The position numbers and the translations under genes were made by a program. A stretch of DNA of 20,000 bases from an uncultured virus (IMG/VR IMGVR_UViG_3300020472_003601) (taxonomy: Duplodnaviria; Heunggongvirae; Uroviricota; Caudoviricetes): the IMG/VR virus record IMGVR_UViG_3300020472_003601; one strand, written 5' to 3'. Below the pieces are notes generated by a model, which worked only from the letters and a program-made list of their open reading frames with translations, was not told the DNA's origin and searched no databases. The number at the start of each line of letters is the position of its first letter. The stretch's first letter is position 1. Shown one piece after another: positions 8,285 through 17,033 of this stretch.

Positions 8285-9162
8285 TAGATTTTTCCTTCAG
8301 TCTGCATCTTATCTATAAAGTTGAAAATGTTATATTTCGTATAATAAAGATTCTTGGCTTCTAATATATGCGGCAACCTACCCTCATAATCATCGTTATT
8401 GTAAACTTCTTTAATTTGAGAAACTGTTTGTGCGATATCACCGCTAAAATCAATTTCTATAAAAGACTTAGGCGGATAGATTTGGTGCACGTTGGTACAC
8501 CCATAATATATTGGCGTTGTATTGCAGACAATCAAATCAAAGAATTTTTCCGTTAAATAATTATCATAGCTTGAGTTTTCTATAGCAATAGAATATTCAT
8601 ACGGCACAATTGCGTCCGATTTATTGTAGGGACTGCCCTTATATCTCGGATCTGGGAGATTCCAGTTTCTTCCGTAGAAATGAATATCTAAATCGGTTTC
8701 CAAAAGCGCACTAAATAATTCGTGTCTTTTTATGTAATTATGTTTATGTCCGTAGTTTGAAGATATAATGGACATACGATGTGTTTTTTTGAATTCATTA
8801 TTTAAGTAATAGTTGTGATAGTCTGTGGATTGAGTAAACATGAATAATGGATGTTCTATCACATTATCTCCCTCAAACATATTTTTATCCTGCGCTACTA
8901 CAAATTTACAATATTTATCTAAATCTCTTTGCCAATTCGTTGACCACTCTGGCTCCAACAGAAATCCAATTGTTTTTTCTTTATCTTTAAAAAAATGTCT
9001 ATCTTCAGGTCGAATGCCACCTAAAACAATCAGATATTCATAATCATCTTTGGATAATTGAAACTTTTCATGGTCTGGGAAATTGCGGAAAGTACGCATG
9101 CCAACATTAGGGTCATATATCTCATGCCAATTGGCGATTATCCAGATTTTTGTTTTAGACAT
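8284..9162 (-). CDS. GT10 (alpha-1,3/1,4-fucosyltransferase-like) glycosyltransferase
   Basis: YEYSIAIENSSYDNYLTEKFFD...TPIYYG is the GT10 motif. ATG at 9162 overlaps the upstream TGA (TGATG). Confidence 0.85.
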   Translation of the reverse strand: MSKTKIWIIANWHEIYDPNVGMRTFRNFPDHEKFQLSKDDYEYLIVLGGIRPEDRHFFKDKEKTIGFLLEPEWSTNWQRDLDKYCKFVVAQDKNMFEGDNVIEHPLFMFTQSTDYHNYYLNNEFKKTHRMSIISSNYGHKHNYIKRHELFSALLETDLDIHFYGRNWNLPDPRYKGSPYNKSDAIVPYEYSIAIENSSYDNYLTEKFFDLIVCNTTPIYYGCTNVHQIYPPKSFIEIDFSGDIAQTVSQIKEVYNNDDYEGRLPHILEAKNLYYTKYNIFNFIDKMQTEGKI

Positions 9163-9899
9163 CAATAGCCCTCCCGCAATGCCGATTTGAGACCCTCAAG
9201 CTCTTTATTATGTACCGCTGATACACTTCCGTGCTCAGTGATCGCTTTACCCCAATAAACATCTAAATCGAGTAACCTAAAGGCTATATTGAAATACCAG
9301 TCTATGGGCCAGTCGACTTTAAATGCATCCATATGCATGCAGAGTCTTTTCACTGCTGAAGCACGGTATAACACAGTGCACATTCCGTTCGTTAGAGTTC
9401 CGTTTTTCAAAACACTAAGGGGGGCGCTTGATGGATCCAATGGCCATGCTGTTGGATCTTTTTTGATGAATATATCCCTGTTATCTCCGATTCTCATAGC
9501 AGCCTCACCCATAAACAAACAATCAAAAGATATATTCTCTTCATCACATTTTTGTAAAATACGCGTGACATACTCAAAAGGATCTTCCTTAAATATGACA
9601 TCATCCTCTAAAACTAGAATGTACTCATCATCTTGCATCTTGCTTATCTTTCGTAAAACATCTTTATATTTTAAACAAAGAGATATTTCGCCCGGGCTGG
9701 GAGAACGCGAGGTATTCTGTTTAAATTTTTCTATATTCAGAGCATCTCTGATATCAAATTCATCCATTATCTCTTGGTCATGACTCTCTTCAAATTCTAC
9801 ATCTACGCGGTCAAGGTTCCATTTTTGTACCTCTGACATCATGTGCTTCTTTCTTTCGAGAAGTTTGGTATAGTGGACGACGAAAATCTTAGATATCAC
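9162..9899 (-). CDS. GT25 family glycosyltransferase
   Basis: IFVVH...ERKKHM, SPGEISLCL, LVLEDD and PIDW. An in-frame GTG at 9899 with GGAG upstream is preferred over the ORF-track start at 9944. Confidence 0.75.
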   Translation of the reverse strand: MISKIFVVHYTKLLERKKHMMSEVQKWNLDRVDVEFEESHDQEIMDEFDIRDALNIEKFKQNTSRSPSPGEISLCLKYKDVLRKISKMQDDEYILVLEDDVIFKEDPFEYVTRILQKCDEENISFDCLFMGEAAMRIGDNRDIFIKKDPTAWPLDPSSAPLSVLKNGTLTNGMCTVLYRASAVKRLCMHMDAFKVDWPIDWYFNIAFRLLDLDVYWGKAITEHGSVSAVHNKELEGLKSALREGY

Positions 9900-10587
9900 T
9901 TTTTCTCCCAAAAACCCAAGTAACCACTGCGTATCGGGGATCATTTAAGCCCGGATTAATCATGGTATTATAGCTCGGCCATTCTAAGTCTTCAAATAGT
10001 TTGGTCGTATATTCTTTGTTTCCCCATGCGCCAATAGACATAATTTCAAAACCAGCGGCTTCAGCGACACAACCAAGACCGGTCGGTGTAAATCCAGAAT
10101 AGTGGTGATAAGGGGTCATGTGAGGGATGTTTATGACAGGTAAATTGGCATAAAAAATGCCTCCGGGGCGCAGATGATCGTGAATTTTCTTTAAGCACTT
10201 AATTGGATCATATAAATGTTCTAAAGTCTGATTAAGCATACAAAAATCATAATCAGACTGTGGAAGGTTTAGGTTGTGTAAGTCGTTATTAACGGGATCG
10301 CTCTCATAGTGTATAACGTGCTTGTCAGAATACTCAAGATATTCAAATTCTGGATCGCTGTCTCCGTTGAAGCAAAGAACCTTTTCAAAACTTAAATTAT
10401 TTTGTTGTAGAAATTCTTCAAACTCTAAAAGGGCAATAACACGAGGAAAATCTTTATTTTCCCACTTCCAATTCTTGATGTTCTTATGTAAAGGTAGTGG
10501 AACGTACTTATAGGCATCCATCGTATTGCTTAGTATGTGGTCTCGATAGATGCGCATGACATCAGAATTATTAAGATAATCTTTCAT
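9889..10587 (-). CDS. Class I SAM-dependent methyltransferase-like protein
   Basis: YDFCMLNQTLEHLYDP...IHDHLRPGG is typical of Methyltransf_11-like proteins. Motif I is degenerate (VLCFNGD). Confidence 0.7.
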   Translation of the reverse strand: MKDYLNNSDVMRIYRDHILSNTMDAYKYVPLPLHKNIKNWKWENKDFPRVIALLEFEEFLQQNNLSFEKVLCFNGDSDPEFEYLEYSDKHVIHYESDPVNNDLHNLNLPQSDYDFCMLNQTLEHLYDPIKCLKKIHDHLRPGGIFYANLPVINIPHMTPYHHYSGFTPTGLGCVAEAAGFEIMSIGAWGNKEYTTKLFEDLEWPSYNTMINPGLNDPRYAVVTWVFGRKSDI

Positions 10588-11371
10588 TTATGTACTTCTC
10601 CCACCAACTAATTCTCATCATGTCTAGGTCGAACAGAGAATCTTCTACTTTTTCATAATATTCGTTTAATTTATTATAACTTAATTCAGACCAATCGTCA
10701 ATAAAATAAATTGGTAAATCACAAAAATCATTCATGTGAGTGCTTCTTTTCACAATAGGAATGGTCTTGAGATATAGAGCTTCCCAAGTTCGATGACAAT
10801 CAACTCCATTGCCACGGGGGGATATAACAAATTTGGAGGATGCCAGATCAAAATAAAACTTCTGCAAAGATAGTTTCTCGGTACATGTTATCCATGATTG
10901 TGTGGATAACAAATCCCAAACCACGGAGCGCTCGCGAGGATATGTTTGAATATTAAAATTCATATAGGCTAGCGTATTTTTCTGTATCCCATAAGAGGCA
11001 TATTTATCAATAAGATCGGCTTTCTGGAGAGCGCCGTTGACTTCGGAAGAATAAGCTCCGAAGCGGGCAGAGGCGTGGGTGCGTAGTTGCATATTTTCCA
11101 ACCCTATAGGAATAGATTGAATGTTTTCTGCATCTATGTCTTTGTTTTGTGCTAACCATAAATTACACCTAGGTCCGAAAGGGTAAACATTTTTGTCTAT
11201 ATGGTAGTCGCTATTATGAGTGATAAAGACATCTTCGACTTTATCTTTGAATTCTGCGATATAATCAGTCTTGCAAAACGTGGCGTCGGTTCTTTCGCAT
11301 ATATCAATAAACCGATTGCCAGTGATATATTCTTCAATACCAATTGTATGTTCTAAAAATTTTTCTTTCAC
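10571..11371 (-). CDS. Exostosin/GT47-like glycosyltransferase
   Basis: SKFVISPRGNGVDCHRTWEALYLKTIPIV matches the exostosin-like C-terminal motif. Confidence 0.75.
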   Translation of the reverse strand: MKEKFLEHTIGIEEYITGNRFIDICERTDATFCKTDYIAEFKDKVEDVFITHNSDYHIDKNVYPFGPRCNLWLAQNKDIDAENIQSIPIGLENMQLRTHASARFGAYSSEVNGALQKADLIDKYASYGIQKNTLAYMNFNIQTYPRERSVVWDLLSTQSWITCTEKLSLQKFYFDLASSKFVISPRGNGVDCHRTWEALYLKTIPIVKRSTHMNDFCDLPIYFIDDWSELSYNKLNEYYEKVEDSLFDLDMMRISWWEKYINERLS

Positions 11372-12114
11372 ATCATCAACGTATCGTATATCTTATCAAT
11401 CATTTCTGAATAATCTTTATATGGTCTCGGCAGGTGAATATCTACAAATCCATTATTCATTAGGGCTAGCCAATCTGCTCTCAAAATTCCTTCACGATCT
11501 AAGCGTCGATTGGATATAAATTCATTATTTGGTTTTATATTAATTTTATGTTTTCCAATTTGACTAAACAGGAATACTTCATCACTAAACCAAAGGTTGT
11601 TTCCCTGCAGGTGTTGTGGTAACCTAAAATTAAATTTGTCGGTGTCAAAGTCTAAATTAATAATCTTATCTAAAAATCCCTGCCATGTGGTGTTATCAAA
11701 CAGCTTTTTGTACAAGGAGCCATATCCACAATAGTAGCAAATCGGCAATTGTCCGAATTCTCGACGTTCTGGATTTAGATGAAAAAATGTATTCTCATCA
11801 CACGCGGCTTCTATTTTTGCTTTATCAAAAAAGACCGTAGAGACTGGAAACATGTCTATGTCTGACAATAAACATATTTCATCTTCAAACATTTGAGTAA
11901 AATATATTCTGGCTAACTGTGCTTGTAGGTACACAGGATAATCATCCAGTTTCTTGATGTAAAGAATTCCATCCTCAAAGGTTTCGGTCTCCTTTGCTTC
12001 ATTCACAAAAATCAACTTTGGTTCAATTCCAATTCTTTTCTGCCAAAGATCACGGACGAATGGCCAGAAATCAGAATAATAGGGATTATCATCACATGAT
12101 AACATAACATTCAT
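11368..12114 (-). CDS. Putative GT-A glycosyltransferase (unassigned family)
   Basis: Hydrophobic strand followed by DxD (ICLLSDIDMFP), WFSDE, a late DIHLPRP His motif, and cluster context. Confidence 0.5.
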   Translation of the reverse strand: MNVMLSCDDNPYYSDFWPFVRDLWQKRIGIEPKLIFVNEAKETETFEDGILYIKKLDDYPVYLQAQLARIYFTQMFEDEICLLSDIDMFPVSTVFFDKAKIEAACDENTFFHLNPERREFGQLPICYYCGYGSLYKKLFDNTTWQGFLDKIINLDFDTDKFNFRLPQHLQGNNLWFSDEVFLFSQIGKHKINIKPNNEFISNRRLDREGILRADWLALMNNGFVDIHLPRPYKDYSEMIDKIYDTLMM

Positions 12115-12908
12115 TTGGGTGCCTCTATAAATCTAAATTTATTAAACTTCGATTCTCGCGGAGATAAAATCATTTTATCGAAATCATGTTTATAATTGCG
12201 GTCAAATTCCGCTAGCGTTTGCCAATCTCCATATTTTGAATTTCTAATTGGATCAAAGCTTTGGTGGCGGTTGTGTTTATGAATCAAGACCGAGAGAACT
12301 GCCTGATCTTGCCTGTGTTCTATGCACGGTGATTCATTGCCGTCTGGATATCTTACAGTTGTATCCGGAAGCGCTATATCCGGATTCATCATATGAGAAT
12401 ACATCTCTTCAACAAAATTTACATTTTGTGGAGTTTTCTTGTATGCTTGAAAACCTGCCCAATATTGAGGCATTATCTCGGCGGCTGGGGCATCCATGAC
12501 AGATAGACATTTCTTCGTAGTCCAATATTGATTTGTTAATTTCTGATACGGATAAGCCATAAATAGAGAATCATCAATCAAATCTTCTTCTATATTGGTT
12601 GCCGGTCTAATAAAGCAATTTGCTGAATCAGAATAGATAAACCCATCGGAATGATTTAAAATACAATCATTAATGGCGTAGGTTTTATAGAAAAACACCC
12701 GCGGTGATAGTGCATGCGCGCAAACATCATCCACTTCTATCAGTCTTATCTTAGATCCAAAAATTTGAGAAAAGATGGTTAATTTATCTGGATCGGTATT
12801 GAAATAATACAAATAAACATTTTTATCGTAAGAATTGACCCTGTAACTTTGTATTAAATTTATCGCTTGAGGGATAAAGTTCTCACTAATAACAGTACAC
12901 AGATCCAT
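12111..12908 (-). CDS. Putative GT-A glycosyltransferase (DUF1647/GT8-like)
   Basis: FFYKTYAI, FIYSDSA, WAGF and EHRQDQAVLSVL (HRxDQ motif), plus cluster context. Confidence 0.55.
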   Translation of the reverse strand: MDLCTVISENFIPQAINLIQSYRVNSYDKNVYLYYFNTDPDKLTIFSQIFGSKIRLIEVDDVCAHALSPRVFFYKTYAINDCILNHSDGFIYSDSANCFIRPATNIEEDLIDDSLFMAYPYQKLTNQYWTTKKCLSVMDAPAAEIMPQYWAGFQAYKKTPQNVNFVEEMYSHMMNPDIALPDTTVRYPDGNESPCIEHRQDQAVLSVLIHKHNRHQSFDPIRNSKYGDWQTLAEFDRNYKHDFDKMILSPRESKFNKFRFIEAPK

Positions 12909-12917
12909 TGGGCGCCA

Positions 12918-14939
12918 TTATTTACTTAGAGTTGCCATTGGCGCTTGAGCAGTCATTTGGGCTTGATATTTTTGTAGATATCCTTGGAAAATTTCTCTTT
13001 CATGTTCCTTTTTCCACGAATCATGCTCGGGGTTGGTGGACATCCCTTCTGGATTGAAATAATAAACTCCTAAAATCTCAGGATGCTTAATGAATTTTGT
13101 CTCTCCGAAGGCGCATCGAAGCCAAAAATCCCAATCTCCGGAAGCCTTGTAGTGTTGGTTGAAGTAACCAAACTTATCATGAAGATCTCTTCTCCACATA
13201 GGGTTATTGTGAGGTAAATTTCCTCGCAGCATTGCTTCTTTCGAAAATTGCTCAAAATTGTATCTTTGGGAGTCCTGTGGGACACTTTCCCATGCTATAT
13301 TTGGCTCATGCACAATGAAGCTGTCGTTATAAACCAAGGATGCCTCCGGTGTCGCCAGAAGCATTTTAGCCTGCTGCTCTAAGCCGTCCGGACGTCGTCG
13401 ATCGTCGCAATTTACATTCGTCACATATTCGCCAGTGGACATCTTGATTCCCATGTTCCAAGTGTCATAGATGCCGGGATCTTCTTTCAGTCGTTTATAG
13501 ATAATATTATTTGGATACTTCTCAACATATTTGAGAATAACCTCTTCATCGAACTCCTCTCCGGGGGGATCCACATTCAAGATAATCCATTCGCATTTCT
13601 CTTCAAAGATTGTCTGGCGCGTTACATCTTCCATCAACTGCTCAATATAAGAGCCGGCTTTATATACAGATGTAATCAAAGATATAGTTGGTATATCAGA
13701 AACCTCTACATCTTCATGCGGAGAACGACCGATGAGGCTATTTATAAACTTCTTATATATATTGTCCTCTGAAAATTCCATGTTCAAATAATCCGCATGA
13801 TCTTGTGCGACTTTTATGATTTCGTCTTTCTTTCCGGAAGTAAGATCTTCGTAGCATGTCCTCATCTGTTTCTTTGCTGAATGCTCGCGAGGATAGCACC
13901 AGCTTGAATCCTTGAGTAGAACACCTTCCCAAGCTGCCGATTCTGGTATCTGAGATAGGTCGAATGCGACATTATAGAATCTTGCCTTCTTGTCATTGTC
14001 ATACAAATAATCTGCTGGTCCGGACCAAGGTGAGGTAATTACAGGCATGCCACTATATGCTGCCTCAAAGATTGGCAAACCAAAGCCTTCGCCATGCGAA
14101 AGACAAACGAATGCATTGATCTTAGGATCTGTGTATAGTCCGTGAATTTCCTCATCAGTCAAATCTCCATGCAAAAGATAGATTTTACACTTCACTGATT
14201 CTGAATCTTCTACTGACTTAAGCAACTGGTGGAGTCGATCATAACAGATCTCCCGATCAATCAGGCAATTTTTAGCAAGATTGGTCTTTACTACTAAGCC
14301 CACATCGTCATCGCGGAATTCTTCAATGAACCATTTGATGGTGTTTTCCATATTCTTGCGAGGGCCCCACTGGGCAACGGAGAGAAAATTAAACGGCGTT
14401 GAAATATCTAATTCCAAATCAACGTGCTCGTATTTTTTAACTGGATATCCAACCGCATCGATAGGAGTCTCAAGTTTAAGTAGAGTTTCTCCTCCATCGG
14501 TTCGTTCTCCTCTATATTGAGTGCTTTGAAATACATGTTTGGAGTGTTCTGAAACGCAGATAACCTTGTCCATTTCATTTGCTTTAAGCAGCCACGTGTG
14601 ATCGACGAGAGTTGTTTCGATTCCTGCTGTATACCCAACATGCACAACGTTGTTGCCTCCCCGGGGAGCTTCCCATTCATTGGGAATTGTAACCTGCAGG
14701 GTCATGTCAAAAGGTAGACCTTCTTGCATGTGATGTATGGTTGCTTCGATTCTTTCGTCGATATGTTGGCGCTCTGGATCTGAAGCTTCAGAAATCCACG
14801 AGGTTGTTCCCCAGTTGATCGGTTGAATAAATATTTCAAATTTTTCTGGCGCGCTTTTAAGTGCGCGATACGCAAATCTTGTTTGTTCTCCGTACCCAGA
14901 ACGTGTAAGGATTGGACCCTTTAATAATACTCTTATCAT
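12918..14939 (-). CDS. Bifunctional GT4-GT2 fusion glycosyltransferase
   Basis: N-terminal GT-B part: SGYG, RKNM, SHGEGFGLPIFEA (Ex7E). C-terminal GT2 part: ISLITSVYKA, PGIYDTWNMGI, NVNCDD, SGDWDFWLR. Confidence 0.88.
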   Translation of the reverse strand: MIRVLLKGPILTRSGYGEQTRFAYRALKSAPEKFEIFIQPINWGTTSWISEASDPERQHIDERIEATIHHMQEGLPFDMTLQVTIPNEWEAPRGGNNVVHVGYTAGIETTLVDHTWLLKANEMDKVICVSEHSKHVFQSTQYRGERTDGGETLLKLETPIDAVGYPVKKYEHVDLELDISTPFNFLSVAQWGPRKNMENTIKWFIEEFRDDDVGLVVKTNLAKNCLIDREICYDRLHQLLKSVEDSESVKCKIYLLHGDLTDEEIHGLYTDPKINAFVCLSHGEGFGLPIFEAAYSGMPVITSPWSGPADYLYDNDKKARFYNVAFDLSQIPESAAWEGVLLKDSSWCYPREHSAKKQMRTCYEDLTSGKKDEIIKVAQDHADYLNMEFSEDNIYKKFINSLIGRSPHEDVEVSDIPTISLITSVYKAGSYIEQLMEDVTRQTIFEEKCEWIILNVDPPGEEFDEEVILKYVEKYPNNIIYKRLKEDPGIYDTWNMGIKMSTGEYVTNVNCDDRRRPDGLEQQAKMLLATPEASLVYNDSFIVHEPNIAWESVPQDSQRYNFEQFSKEAMLRGNLPHNNPMWRRDLHDKFGYFNQHYKASGDWDFWLRCAFGETKFIKHPEILGVYYFNPEGMSTNPEHDSWKKEHEREIFQGYLQKYQAQMTAQAPMATLSK

Positions 14940-16222
14940 TTAGCTGCTATCTCCCATAAATGCCATTTTTCATAATTCTTTCTTGTCTCCCAAGAACCGT
15001 GTTTTTCAATTATACCATCCATAACTTCCACCCACTTGTTTTCAAAATCTTCAAATCCATAATTGTCGTGGACATGCTTCATTCCAGCGGTGGACATACT
15101 CTGGTATGCTTTCTTGGAGCATTTTAATGCTTTTTTCATTACTTTGATAAAGTCTTCTTTCGCAATCCTGTCCTCATAAATAAATGGTACTGTCAAAGAG
15201 CCAATAATCGCCTTTGAAGCAGGCTGTATTCCCCAGCCAAACCAGTCTTTACCGTCGGTAACCTGTTCTTGTAGACCACCTGTCATGTTAACTATGATTG
15301 GTGTTCCGCACATCAAAGATTCTAAAGTGGATAAACCAAAACCTTCTGCATCAGCAATATTAATCGTAAAATCAGCTGCATTGTACATATTGGCTAGGTC
15401 CTCTGGGGCTACTTTCTGAGTCGAAAGTAGTACTTGTCCGTCGTCTACTCCGAGAGTCTCAATAATGTGCGGCAAGTCTTGTCCGTGCACATCCTGTGCA
15501 TCAGTATGCATCAACAAAGATGCCTTATCGTGCCCTACTTCATCCAAGAATTCCTTAAACCACCAAATAAGAGTGCCGCTCTGTTTTCTTCTAGCGTTTC
15601 TGTTATTCCAGAAAAATATCTTCTTGTTTGGATTATCAAAGTTTGCGGAGCCACCGATAATCTTTTGCCGCATTGCTTCGGCAGTGGCAACTTCCTCGTT
15701 TTTGAATTTGTAAAATATAGACTGATTAACTGCATGTGGTATTCTGCAGCAGTGCGCCTCCGGGGCAACATTCCGAACAATTTCATCAGTAACTTTAGAG
15801 ATTGTGATGATTTCATCGGTTGAACGATAATATTTTGAATTATACGTAGGATATGGAAAGTTGTCCCAAACGTGATAATAGACCATAGGGACTACCGCTC
15901 TGATTTCATTTTCTATTTCCCACAACCAATCATAAAAGCGAGGATCAGTCATAAACCAAAGAACGTCTGGCCTCTCTTTTCGCAAAATAGAGCGCACTAT
16001 TTCGTGACTCCCATAGCCATCAACAGGGAATATGGTCCAATCTTCGCCCCATGGATCCACATTTTGTTGTTCATAGTTATTATGCTTAATGGCGCCGCCA
16101 AGACAGACAAATTGATATCTACCTGTTTTGAGAAGCGCCTCAATCATATATTTTGTCTGGGTACCCACTCCAGAAGGTGACAAGGGGTGATCAGATAATA
16201 CTAATATCTTTTTCTTTTTCAT
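14936..16222 (-). CDS. GT4 family glycosyltransferase
   Basis: SGVG, IPHAV, RNARRK and AEGFGLSTLESLMCGTPII (Ex7E motif). Confidence 0.9.
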   Translation of the reverse strand: MKKKKILVLSDHPLSPSGVGTQTKYMIEALLKTGRYQFVCLGGAIKHNNYEQQNVDPWGEDWTIFPVDGYGSHEIVRSILRKERPDVLWFMTDPRFYDWLWEIENEIRAVVPMVYYHVWDNFPYPTYNSKYYRSTDEIITISKVTDEIVRNVAPEAHCCRIPHAVNQSIFYKFKNEEVATAEAMRQKIIGGSANFDNPNKKIFFWNNRNARRKQSGTLIWWFKEFLDEVGHDKASLLMHTDAQDVHGQDLPHIIETLGVDDGQVLLSTQKVAPEDLANMYNAADFTINIADAEGFGLSTLESLMCGTPIIVNMTGGLQEQVTDGKDWFGWGIQPASKAIIGSLTVPFIYEDRIAKEDFIKVMKKALKCSKKAYQSMSTAGMKHVHDNYGFEDFENKWVEVMDGIIEKHGSWETRKNYEKWHLWEIAAK

Positions 16223-16229
16223 TTATTCC

Positions 16230-16991
16230 TCAAGGACAGTGTTCTGTCTTATAAAATTTACAACCATATCCACCGGTGCACGACAGTCGATTCTTGATAT
16301 ATCGTTGTTTTTTAATATTGTACAATGCTGTGTTCAAAAGTTTAAGCGCATTTTCTGTTTTTTTCGGTCCGGACGTCACTCTAAAGAATTCAACATGATC
16401 TTTTTTCGCAGTGCGCTTAAGTAGTGCAAAGTGAGTTTCGACATTTTTAGGATCGATATCCATTTTCTTACAGAAGAAGTGTTTATATAAGGTCAGCTGA
16501 TACATTACCATCTTGTCGCTCTTCTTTCGAGAATCCCAGCCCCAAGAACAAGTCTTCCAATCGAAAATGTGCACCTTGCCATCAGGAGTAGCCACAACGG
16601 CATCGATATAGCCTTTAAATTTGTGCTCTTCGTTTTCAATCGTCTCGTACAATGGCATTTCCACTGCTAATACTTCATATTCTTCAAAGTATTCTTTCAG
16701 CGCGGTGTCGATTTCAGGAATGATGCTGTTTCCCTGTTTCATCATCTGGTGGACAATTTTATTATCCACGGGTTCGTCCAATTCGGAAATATTCTTTTTT
16801 AATTCTTCAACAAAAAAATTATCCGTTACTTCTTCTTGAAGTAGCTTCTTCTCACAAACCGAATGAATAGCTGAACCAAATGCTGTGTACTGGTTACCTG
16901 TAAAACCATCTATTCCATCAACGCGTGTTAGTTTGTGATAAAACGCGCAGAATTTCCAATCTTTTAATTCCGAGTATGATATATGGGGCAT
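16230..16991 (-). CDS. PD-(D/E)XK exonuclease, Cas4/AddB-like with predicted Fe-S cluster
   Basis: ISYS...C (N-terminal Cys), GSAIH, AVE, GYIDAV, IFDWKT, QLTLY and C-terminal C-x5-C-x7-CP. Confidence 0.85.
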   Translation of the reverse strand: MPHISYSELKDWKFCAFYHKLTRVDGIDGFTGNQYTAFGSAIHSVCEKKLLQEEVTDNFFVEELKKNISELDEPVDNKIVHQMMKQGNSIIPEIDTALKEYFEEYEVLAVEMPLYETIENEEHKFKGYIDAVVATPDGKVHIFDWKTCSWGWDSRKKSDKMVMYQLTLYKHFFCKKMDIDPKNVETHFALLKRTAKKDHVEFFRVTSGPKKTENALKLLNTALYNIKKQRYIKNRLSCTGGYGCKFYKTEHCP

Positions 16992-17004
16992 TTTTCCTCT
17001 CTAT

Positions 17005-17033
17005 ATTATAACAACGAGAGATGACGTTGTCAA
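17005..17033 (-). promoter_or_regulatory. Perfect-consensus sigma70 promoter with extended -10
   Basis: Minus strand: TTGACA (17033-17028), 17-nt spacer ending TGT, TATAAT (17010-17005), then SD GAGG and ATG at 16991. Confidence 0.9.

Noticed and set aside
12905..12945. Short imperfect direct repeat CCATTG(G)GCGC around the end of the GT4-GT2 gene
   Set aside because: Only about 10 nt, so it is compatible with chance. It cannot be called a recombination scar without comparative data.
13070..15816. Nested minus-strand ORFs 13070-13285, 14408-14680 and 15535-15816
   Set aside because: They are alternative frames inside the GT4 and GT4-GT2 genes with no independent support.
16230..16991. CRISPR-Cas system suggested by the Cas4-like protein
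   Set aside because: I saw no repeat-spacer array or other cas gene in the window.
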